Shown in pieces: positions 24,913-32,000 of a stretch of DNA of 32,000 nucleotides. Below the pieces are notes generated by a model. It saw only the letters and a list, made by a program, of their open reading frames with translations. It was not told the origin of the DNA and did not search any database. The stretch is from Patescibacteria group bacterium (lineage in GTDB: Bacteria > Patescibacteriota > Minisyncoccia > UBA6257 > HR35), in contig JAUQQN010000001.1 of NCBI GenBank assembly GCA_030549845.1, forward strand, positions 60,001 through 92,000. The letters are read 5' to 3'. The stretch's first letter is position 1; each line of letters starts with the position of its first letter. The position numbers were made by a program, and so were the translations under genes.

Positions 24913-25812
24913 TTATTTTAATTTTAATTCTAAGAGAAAATCCTCTATTATCCTACCTATCTTTAAAGGGATAAACAACAAAAATATTCTAAAAAAAATC
25001 TTTAATCTAGGTCGCTTTATTGAATATAAGAAATATTTCAGAGCTTCAAGTCGATTACTATTAAAATAGCTAAAACAGCCTAATCTGTAATAAAATTCGT
25101 GTAAAACTTCTTTTTCTTTTAAAAATTTTTTATGTTTTTCCAAAATTTTTTTATAATCCTCTAAAGCTTGATGCACGTTGGTAAAATCTGACTTTCTGAA
25201 ATAATGTAAATAAAAAGGCTCTTCAACGAATGCTATTTCATCTTTTAAGTTACGTAATAAATTTATTCCTAACTCTAGATCTTCACCAATTTTTATATTC
25301 TCATCAAATTTAATTTTGTTAAAAACTTCTTTTTTTATTACATAAGTACCTGAAATAAAATACCATTTAATCACCCATTCAAGAATCTTATTCTCGTCTA
25401 CATTGATTCCATTTGATTTAGGCATTAAAAATTTTTTACCATTTATAATTTTATAATGAGGGAAAAATAACACTCTTTTGAAAGTTTTTTGGACAATATT
25501 TATTAAAATTTCTGTAGCATTATTTATATATTCATCATCATCGTCTAAAAAACATATCCATTCCCCACTTGATTGAGCAACACCTAAATTCCGAGCAAAA
25601 GATGGTCCATTATTTGATGAATTATTTATGTATTTTAAGCTTAACCCCCTTTGTCGAAACTCTTCAATAACTTCTATAATATCTTCTCCTCCGTCATTTA
25701 TCACAATTACTTCAAAATTTTTTAAATTTTGATTCAATAATGAAGATAGGGCTCTATCTTTTAGCAAGCTTTTTCGATTATAAGTAGGAATTATTATTGA
25801 AAATTTGGGCAT
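24913..25812 (-). CDS. Glycosyltransferase family 2, paralog of 22853-23761
   Basis: Motifs are FSIIIPTYNRKSLLKDRALSSLLNQNLKNFEVIVINDGGED, FLDDDDE and IGEDLEL. It has the same overall layout as the other GT2. Confidence 0.8.
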   Translation of the reverse strand: MPKFSIIIPTYNRKSLLKDRALSSLLNQNLKNFEVIVINDGGEDIIEVIEEFRQRGLSLKYINNSSNNGPSFARNLGVAQSSGEWICFLDDDDEYINNATEILINIVQKTFKRVLFFPHYKIINGKKFLMPKSNGINVDENKILEWVIKWYFISGTYVIKKEVFNKIKFDENIKIGEDLELGINLLRNLKDEIAFVEEPFYLHYFRKSDFTNVHQALEDYKKILEKHKKFLKEKEVLHEFYYRLGCFSYFNSNRLEALKYFLYSIKRPRLKIFFRIFLLFIPLKIGRIIEDFLLELKLK

Positions 25813-27058
25813 CGTATTTTTTACCTAAATAACTACCAACCAAAATCCAGAAAATATTTACATTAACAGCATTCCATATTAAAAATATTATTATAAAAGA
25901 ACAGAGGGTAATAATTTTTATAAATGAACTCCCCCTTTCTTTTTCATATCCTTTGAATATTTTATAAAACAAATAAATAAAGGTTAAAAATCCTATAATA
26001 CCAGAGTTTGCAAGTAAACTTGAAAATAAATCTCCTGAGGTCCTAGCCCATCCTATGCCTAAAATTGGATATTTTAAAAAAATATTTAAATTAAACAAAA
26101 ACACATCGAATCTTTCATGCAAACTAGATTTTTGCACAGAAACTAAAAAGAGAAATAATATTAATATAAAAATAAAAAATAGGATTAACGCATTTTTAAT
26201 ATTTTTTGAATTTAACAAAAAAATTAAAAGTAACATCAGTAACCCCAGGATATATGTAGAATTAAAACCCAATAACCAATTTAAGTTTATTAATACGACT
26301 TCTGTATAAAAGAATTTTTTTGAAAATAAGTTTTTAAAAAGAACTAAAAAACCAAAAGCTATAAATAAATATATTCCTAATAAGGCAGAGCTTGGGAAAA
26401 GCCCACTAAATCTATAAAACTTAAAAGAATAAATACTTAAACCCTGAATAGTTTCATTTAAAAAACTTAGGTTATTTAAGATATTAGGAATAGATAGATT
26501 TTTTGCCTTGAAATAAACCCCCAAAAGTTGGAAACATAAATTGATATTTAGCCCATATAGGTAAAATCTAATAAACCTAGGTAGATTAGTTTTTTCACAT
26601 ATGATACTTAAAACAATTAAAAAATAAAACAACAAATAAAGAAATTGAGTGAAACTAAATCTTCCTATTTTAGAGAAACCTAAATATGGAGGGCCTGGGA
26701 TATCTTCAGGATATGTTAAAGTTAATATAAATTTTTCATCTAATATATTCACTAATAAACTAAATAAAATTGCAAATAAGAATATCAAAATGAGTATTAA
26801 AATTTTTTTGAGTTCTTTGTTTTTATAAATAAATAGAAAATTTTGGATGTTTTTAATAATTGAAATAATTGCAAAAAGGAAAAATATTTGAAAACCAAAT
26901 GTCCAAGGTTTAAAATTGAAAATTACTAAATTATAAAATGATGATGTTAAAGCTAATATTGAAATTAAATCTAAGGTTTTTTTATAAAGCAAAAACAATA
27001 AAAATAAAGAAGTGATTATACCTATTAAATTTATTTGAAAAAGATTTGTTTCTATCAT
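25778..27058 (-). CDS. Polytopic membrane protein, O-antigen polymerase/ligase-like (Wzy-like)
   Basis: There are about 10 or more hydrophobic helices. A loop reads RFSGLFPSSALLG, and GIGWARTSGDLFSSLLANSGIIGF resembles the end of Wzy_C. This call is weaker than for the 442-aa paralog-like protein. Confidence 0.5.
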   Translation of the reverse strand: MIETNLFQINLIGIITSLFLLFLLYKKTLDLISILALTSSFYNLVIFNFKPWTFGFQIFFLFAIISIIKNIQNFLFIYKNKELKKILILILIFLFAILFSLLVNILDEKFILTLTYPEDIPGPPYLGFSKIGRFSFTQFLYLLFYFLIVLSIICEKTNLPRFIRFYLYGLNINLCFQLLGVYFKAKNLSIPNILNNLSFLNETIQGLSIYSFKFYRFSGLFPSSALLGIYLFIAFGFLVLFKNLFSKKFFYTEVVLINLNWLLGFNSTYILGLLMLLLIFLLNSKNIKNALILFFIFILILFLFLVSVQKSSLHERFDVFLFNLNIFLKYPILGIGWARTSGDLFSSLLANSGIIGFLTFIYLFYKIFKGYEKERGSSFIKIITLCSFIIIFLIWNAVNVNIFWILVGSYLGKKYDAQIFNNNSYL

Positions 27059-28239
27059 TATTTTTTATTAATTGTTTTCTTTAGGCATGTTAAAAAATTA
27101 CTTCCCTGGAAGCTCCATTCTTTTTTGCAATAATCTAAAATATTTATTTGGTTTTTCTGTAAAAAGCCACAATACCTTATACCTCTATTATATCCTAAAT
27201 AAATCCATAACATTTTTTCATAAAGATCATTACTCTCACTAAGACATCCTTGAATCCATAATTTTATTAAACCTATACAAAAATTAACCTCTGTATCTTT
27301 AAATATAAAATTTTTACTCCACAAATCTATATCTTGGCTGTAATAAGGAAATTCGATAGAGTAATTTCTCTTTAGTAATTTTATGCATTCTTCTATTAAG
27401 GGTTTTTCAGATTGTATATAAAAAGAATTTATTTGCATTAAACCTAAGTCAAGGTTTATAATTCCTTTATTTATATGATATTGATTGCATCTACTTTCAG
27501 TTCTTATTACAGCCTCTAGCAATAAAGGAATTTCTAATTTAAACTTCTCTTTTAATTTTTTCAATTTATATTGGAATTCTTTTTTATTTATAAAATCTAA
27601 AACTTTTAGATTTACACATTCACATTCTGTACCAAAATCACACAAATTTTCATTTTTAGAATTTAAAGATATATTTTTAAAAACTATTGGTAAGGGATAA
27701 TAAGGATTTTTCACTACTTTACAATCATAAGAGCAATAGAATCTTTCATAACCTTCACATAAATTATTTTCATTACATATTGCGTACTTGGACAAATCAT
27801 ATTTGAAAACTATTTTATTGTTACTAATATTTCGAATTAAAAAATATCCTATATTTAAAAATTTAGGAATATCAATAAAATTTTGAGAGTCATTTATGTG
27901 AACAAAATAAGCTAAGAGAGGTTGATGTTTAAGAGAATATACTTCTATCATATATTCACTGCTATTCTCTTTCTGTCTTTTAAAAAAATCCTCTAAATTA
28001 TTTATAACAACTACGTCAAAGTCTAAAAATTCAAAAAATTGGGGTCTTATTAATTTTAAATTAGAATTACTATCTTTTTTAAAATAAAACCTATAACCAG
28101 ATAAAACTTGGCTATTTTTTAAGTTAGCTAAAATCCTTTCTCTACTTAGCCAATTTTTATATGCTTTTATCGTTAAAGCAAAGAAAAGAAACAAGAAAAT
28201 CAAGAGAATTATATTCCTAACCTTTTTCAAAGTTAACAT
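27058..28239 (-). CDS. Membrane-anchored protein with a Cys-rich middle region and a C-terminal family-1 lytic transglycosylase (SLT) domain
   Basis: The N-terminal TM is IILLIFLFLFFALTI. The SLT motifs occur in order: AVIRTESRCN (ES), DLGLMQINS (GLMQ) and LGYNRG (YNxG). Confidence 0.6.
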   Translation of the reverse strand: MLTLKKVRNIILLIFLFLFFALTIKAYKNWLSRERILANLKNSQVLSGYRFYFKKDSNSNLKLIRPQFFEFLDFDVVVINNLEDFFKRQKENSSEYMIEVYSLKHQPLLAYFVHINDSQNFIDIPKFLNIGYFLIRNISNNKIVFKYDLSKYAICNENNLCEGYERFYCSYDCKVVKNPYYPLPIVFKNISLNSKNENLCDFGTECECVNLKVLDFINKKEFQYKLKKLKEKFKLEIPLLLEAVIRTESRCNQYHINKGIINLDLGLMQINSFYIQSEKPLIEECIKLLKRNYSIEFPYYSQDIDLWSKNFIFKDTEVNFCIGLIKLWIQGCLSESNDLYEKMLWIYLGYNRGIRYCGFLQKNQINILDYCKKEWSFQGSNFLTCLKKTINKK

Positions 28240-28240
28240 A

Positions 28241-28672
28241 TCAAATTTTTAAAAAGAAACTAACCGGTCCTAAATTTTTGTTTTCAATTTCCATATATTC
28301 CCCGAAAATCCCAGATTCTATTTGAAATCCTTTATTTTTTAATCCTTCTTTGATCTTTTCAAAAATTAATTTTGCTTCTTCTTTTGAAGGCGAATTAGAA
28401 AAATCTGGTTTATTATCTTGAAAATTAGGAATTAACGTAATTTGAGAAACCAAAAGTAAGGGGCAAGGTTTTTCTTTTAATGATAAATTAAATCTACCAT
28501 TTTCATCTTCAATTATTTTTATTTTTAGAATTTTATCAATAGCCTTTTCTATTTTATATTCATCACCCTTTTCAATCCCAATAAAAATCAATAATCCATT
28601 ATTAATTTGAGATACAATTTTATTTTTTACATATAATTTTGCATAATCCACTCTCTGGATCAAAATTTTCAT
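28241..28672 (-). CDS. dtd: D-aminoacyl-tRNA deacylase
   Basis: Motifs are MKILIQRV, NNGLLIFIGIEKGD, LLLVSQITL...KPDFS and GEYMEIENKNLGPVSFFL. The size of 143 aa fits. Confidence 0.85.
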   Translation of the reverse strand: MKILIQRVDYAKLYVKNKIVSQINNGLLIFIGIEKGDEYKIEKAIDKILKIKIIEDENGRFNLSLKEKPCPLLLVSQITLIPNFQDNKPDFSNSPSKEEAKLIFEKIKEGLKNKGFQIESGIFGEYMEIENKNLGPVSFFLKI

Positions 28673-28698
28673 TTTTGCTTTAAAATATTATAAGCAAA

Positions 28699-28842
28699 AT
28701 GGCTTTTCAGATATTTTTCTTTATATTTTTATTATTTTTATATTTTGCTTATACAGAAATAAAAGCTGGGAACAAAGAGTGGGCTATAGTTTTTATAATC
28801 TCAGGTATTCTTTTTTTATTTATGAGTTTAATTAGTAGGTAA
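28699..28842 (+). CDS. Possible 47-aa two-helix membrane micro-protein
   Basis: The ATG-to-TAA ORF, from my own translation, is MAFQIFFFIFLLFLYFAYTEIKAGNKEWAIVFIISGILFLFMSLISR. It fills the only sizeable gap (174 nt) in this region and lies on the opposite strand to both neighbours. In AT-rich DNA such an ORF could be spurious. Confidence 0.25.
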   Translation: MAFQIFFFIFLLFLYFAYTEIKAGNKEWAIVFIISGILFLFMSLISR

Positions 28843-28846
28843 AATT

Positions 28847-29725
28847 TTACTTTCCACAACCTTCAACATGAAAATGAGCGCCGGTTGTTTTTGAAAAGTG
28901 TAATCTCTTAAGAACTTTATTACCACATTTTAATTCTTCCCAAGGGCCAGCTTCATAAAGAACCCTTACTAAGCCTGGTGTTTCTATAATAGCTTCACAA
29001 ACTTTTTCCCAATAGTCTTTTGTATTTCCTTGTGGAACTAAATCAACTGCTGTTCCGTAAGTAGTATGTGATTTAGATTGATGATCACCTTGTGAATAAC
29101 CGTCCGTAAGTATAACCTTTACTCCCTTAGAAAATAAATTATTATTAAGATTTCTTAAAAAATTTAACATACATTCATCAACACATTCTACATTATTTTT
29201 GCCAGCACAATTATCATTGTTTGCTGGATAAATATTTGTATATCCTGGAACTATAACAATATTTCCTGCAGGATTTGACGAAAGAGAGGTAGAATATGCT
29301 GTATTTTTAATATCATCGTCTGTCCAGTTTTCTACCTCTATTATAGGCAACTCCATCTCCACTCTAAACATTATTAATCTTGCATTAAATATTTCTGGGT
29401 TTATCCAATAAAGCAAAACACCAGAAGAAAAAATAACAATTAAGCCTATAATAGAATTTCTCATCTGTCTTTTGCCTTCCATTTTTATATCAGGCACAAC
29501 ACTTAATAAGTTCTTAAAAGCTCCTATAAAAAACATAATAAAAGCAATAACAACAGCTAAAGCTACTATTAAGTTATATATTCCTTGGATACAATAATTA
29601 ATATTTGAACCTTTGTAGCAATAACCAGCAATAAATTCAACTATTTGATTTACTTGGGCATAAGAAATAGAAGGTAAATAAGAGATTAGGCTGATAAATA
29701 TTCCAATTAAAAACAAATTTATCAT
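28847..29725 (-). CDS. Fusion protein: N-terminal T4SS-pilin-like two-TM domain plus C-terminal LAS/M15-type zinc peptidase domain
   Basis: The N-terminus has a signal peptide (ISYLPSISYAQ), a Cys pair (GYCYKGSNINYC) and two helices (LIVALAVVIAFIMFFIGAF and SIIGLIVIFSSGVLLYWI). The C-terminus has SKSHTTYGTAVDL and GAHFHVE, which fit the H..D and HxH zinc ligands of VanY/M15-like peptidases. Confidence 0.55.
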   Translation of the reverse strand: MINLFLIGIFISLISYLPSISYAQVNQIVEFIAGYCYKGSNINYCIQGIYNLIVALAVVIAFIMFFIGAFKNLLSVVPDIKMEGKRQMRNSIIGLIVIFSSGVLLYWINPEIFNARLIMFRVEMELPIIEVENWTDDDIKNTAYSTSLSSNPAGNIVIVPGYTNIYPANNDNCAGKNNVECVDECMLNFLRNLNNNLFSKGVKVILTDGYSQGDHQSKSHTTYGTAVDLVPQGNTKDYWEKVCEAIIETPGLVRVLYEAGPWEELKCGNKVLKRLHFSKTTGAHFHVEGCGK

Positions 29726-31074
29726 ATTTTTAGTTTATCCTTTAAATAATCTAAAATTTCATTTATGCTAATTCTTTCTTGTTTTGTTGTGTCTCTATCT
29801 CTAACTGTAACAGTGTTGTCTTCTAATGTTTGAAAATCTATTGTAATGCAAAAGGGGGTACCTATTTCATCTTGCCGCCTATACCTTTTACCAATTGAAC
29901 CCGTTTCATCATAAATTACTATTATTGAACTATTATTAATGATTCCAAAAACTTCTTTTGCTTTTTCGATTAAAGGCTTTCTGTTAGAAAGAAGTGGGAA
30001 TACAGCTACTTGAACAGGTGCAATTGCTGGCTTAAATCTTAAAACTGTTCTTTTTTCCAATTTTCCTTTTTCATTTGGCACTTCATCTTCATCATATGCA
30101 TCACATAATAAAGCAAATAAAATTCTTTCAACTCCAGCTGATGGTTCTATCACATAAGGTATTAACTTTGTTTTTGTTTTTTCATCAAAATAAGTCAGGT
30201 CTTCTTTGGAAAATTCCATATGTCTTTTTAAATCATAATCTGTTCTATTTGCTATTCCTTCGATTTCATCCTCTTTAAATGGAAATCTATAATAAATATC
30301 AATAGCTTTTTTTGCATAATGAGCCAGTTCATCTTCTGATTGAATGTGTTTTACTAAATTTTCTTTTTTAATACCTAAAATATCAGTATACCATTTAAAT
30401 CTCTTTTCTACCCAAAAATTAAACCATATTTCATCTTCTTCTGGTCTTACAAAAAATTCAATTTCCATTTGTTCAAATTCTCTTATTCTAAAAATAAAAT
30501 TTTTAGGCGTGATTTCATTTCTGAATGATTTTCCAATCTGGGCTATTCCGAAAGGTAATTTTGCTCTCATTGAATTTAGTATATTTTTAAAATTTACAAA
30601 AATTCCTTGAGCTGTCTCTGGTCTTAGATAGCTTTCTGAAGCCAATTCTTCTACTGGGCCAACAAATGTTTTAAACATTAAATTAAAATTCCTAGCCTCA
30701 GTTAATTCACCTTTACATAAAGGGCACAAGGCTTTGTTATCTTTTATCTCAATTTCACCATATTCACCTTTTAACAAATGATCTTCCCTAAATCTTTTAT
30801 GACAACTTTTACACTCAACTAATCTATCATAAAAATTTTCAATATGCCCTGAGGCTTCATATAATACTCTTGGTCCTATTATTGGAGTTTCTATTAAATA
30901 AATATTAGGCATATTCAAGATATCTTTAAGCCAAAGCTCTTTTATTTTATTTTTTAGTAAAACCCCAAGAGGACCAAAATCATAAAATCCACCTACTCCC
31001 CCGTAAATTTCATAACTTTTAAAAACAAATCCCCTTCTTTCTGCTAAATTTATAATCTTTTCTAACTTCTCCAT
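29722..31074 (-). CDS. glyQS: Glycine--tRNA ligase (dimeric class II, GlyQS type)
   Basis: Motifs are RGFVFKSYEIYGGVGGFYDFGPLG, YLRPETAQGIF, GKSFRNEITP, FEQMEIEFF and PSAGVERI. Confidence 0.9.
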   Translation of the reverse strand: MEKLEKIINLAERRGFVFKSYEIYGGVGGFYDFGPLGVLLKNKIKELWLKDILNMPNIYLIETPIIGPRVLYEASGHIENFYDRLVECKSCHKRFREDHLLKGEYGEIEIKDNKALCPLCKGELTEARNFNLMFKTFVGPVEELASESYLRPETAQGIFVNFKNILNSMRAKLPFGIAQIGKSFRNEITPKNFIFRIREFEQMEIEFFVRPEEDEIWFNFWVEKRFKWYTDILGIKKENLVKHIQSEDELAHYAKKAIDIYYRFPFKEDEIEGIANRTDYDLKRHMEFSKEDLTYFDEKTKTKLIPYVIEPSAGVERILFALLCDAYDEDEVPNEKGKLEKRTVLRFKPAIAPVQVAVFPLLSNRKPLIEKAKEVFGIINNSSIIVIYDETGSIGKRYRRQDEIGTPFCITIDFQTLEDNTVTVRDRDTTKQERISINEILDYLKDKLKI

Positions 31075-31077
31075 TTT

Positions 31078-32000
31078 TTAATACTTAAATGGATAACCTA
31101 TATTAAATGGTTGTAACTCATTTGTTTTAATTTTGAATGATTCACCAGAAAATTTACCTTGCGCACTTATTTCTATAGGTGGAATAATTACTAAATTATT
31201 TATATTTCCTATCAATGGGGGAGTGACTTCAATCTGAAACATTATAGAATAAGGTTCATATATACTTCCATGTCCGACTGATATTTCATCAATTTGGTAA
31301 ACAAAATCTCCAGTTTCTGCATTATATTGTAACTTATTATAATTAAACTCTCCACCTACAACGCCTGTTAATTTTACTCCGATAGGTATTTTGGTTTTTA
31401 CAAGTATATTTTGAAAATCTTCACCATATGTATAAAATTTTAGATAAAAAGATAAGGTTGTAGGTTTTCCATTGACTAGAGGATATGGACCAGTATTTTT
31501 TACCTGTGGGTCATTATACAATAATTCTGTAACTACATTAATATCTCCTTTAATTTTCTTTGTAAGTTGAGTTTGGATTGAAAGTTTTTTGCTTAATATT
31601 TGAACTTCTGGCGGTATTGACTCAGTTTCTAATGTTGCTTTAATTTGTAATTCTAAATCTTTTTTACCTATAGGATATTCTTTTGTGGGAGCTATTGATA
31701 TTGTCACATAATCAGAAGAACCAGGGCTCACATTTGCTAAAGAGGGTTTATTTCTTGCATCCCATATTATGGAATTTTCATAAGGATCAAAGTATCCATC
31801 AGTTCTAAGGGTTTCATAATCAAAAGGGCCTTCAAAATTTACTTTTAATTTCACATTATTTAACGTAATAGAGCTTTTATTGGTCCAACGTATAACATAT
31901 GTAATAGGAAACCTTAAATCAACCACATTAGATTCTGGCCTGCTTTCTATCTCTAAAACAATTGGACTTTCTAAAATATTTATACCTACAGAGTATGTTT
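31078..32000 (-). CDS. Hypothetical beta-rich protein; the 5' end lies beyond the right window edge
   Basis: The track starts this ORF at a GTG (31926). I found no in-frame stop between 31927 and 32000, so the frame stays open to the edge. No family was recognised. Confidence 0.55.
   Translation of the reverse strand, partial: TYSVGINILESPIVLEIESRPESNVVDLRFPITYVIRWTNKSSITLNNVKLKVNFEGPFDYETLRTDGYFDPYENSIIWDARNKPSLANVSPGSSDYVTISIAPTKEYPIGKKDLELQIKATLETESIPPEVQILSKKLSIQTQLTKKIKGDINVVTELLYNDPQVKNTGPYPLVNGKPTTLSFYLKFYTYGEDFQNILVKTKIPIGVKLTGVVGGEFNYNKLQYNAETGDFVYQIDEISVGHGSIYEPYSIMFQIEVTPPLIGNINNLVIIPPIEISAQGKFSGESFKIKTNELQPFNIGYPFKY

Noticed and set aside
1896-30610. Short ORFs in the track that lie inside or antisense to longer genes: 1896-2108, 3294-3539, 6518-6817, 7379-7591, 8928-9137, 13600-13800, 16654-16860, 19527-19760, 19705-19902, 20068-20439, 23310-23567, 26055-26309, 27485-27700, 30075-30278 and 30344-30610.
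   Set aside because: Each is fully embedded in a longer ORF with recognisable family motifs. Their translations are low-complexity, rich in Phe/Leu/Ile/Ser/Lys, as expected from shadow frames in AT-rich DNA. None has a recognisable motif.
1-32000. An alternative genetic code (UGA recoding, as in some CPR lineages such as SR1/Gracilibacteria).
   Set aside because: Conserved genes (GlyRS, both transketolase halves, Dtd and the glycosyltransferases) are full length under the standard code. TGA is used as a stop, for example at 12089-12091 and 15856-15858.

Overview
This is a strongly AT-rich, very gene-dense bacterial window. I call 37 protein-coding regions, nearly all on the minus strand, many with 1-4 nt start/stop overlaps. 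I saw no rRNA, tRNA or CRISPR array. All long ORFs are intact under the standard code. The gene content suggests a small-genome Patescibacteria/CPR-like organism, but this is an inference, not a database result. The supporting features are a split transketolase, cohesin-type surface proteins with a THPDxxKWY module, a T4SS-pilin-like 2-TM domain and an IS200-like Y1 transposase.

Layout:
- 1-5.3 kb: mixed housekeeping and accessory enzymes (YjbQ, nitroreductase, CapA, NUDIX, GDPD, GNAT).
- 5.4-18.9 kb: the two halves of a split transketolase, separated by an 11.6 kb block of tightly coupled surface-protein genes. On the minus strand this block runs: a 149-aa acidic protein, a 524-aa membrane protein, a 1231-aa giant protein, a small paralogous secreted protein, a DUF916/DUF3324-like anchor, a dockerin protein and two cohesin anchors. 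An IS200-like element on the opposite strand interrupts the block.
- 19-27 kb: a glycan-assembly cluster with a phosphoglycosyl transferase, 2 GT4, 2 paralogous GT2 and 2 Wzy_C/O-antigen-ligase-like membrane proteins.
- 27-32 kb: an SLT-type lytic transglycosylase, Dtd, a pilin-like/M15 peptidase fusion, GlyRS and a partial hypothetical gene.

The best candidate for an undescribed system is the surface locus at about 6.4-17.4 kb. It holds a giant protein with five tandem copies of a ~170-aa domain I cannot assign to any family. That protein shares its C-terminal ~150-aa Cys-stapled module with the adjacent small secreted protein. Next to them are a DUF916/DUF3324-like membrane anchor and a cohesin/dockerin set. 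This resembles Firmicute WxL/Csc surface-complex loci in organisation but lacks WxL motifs.
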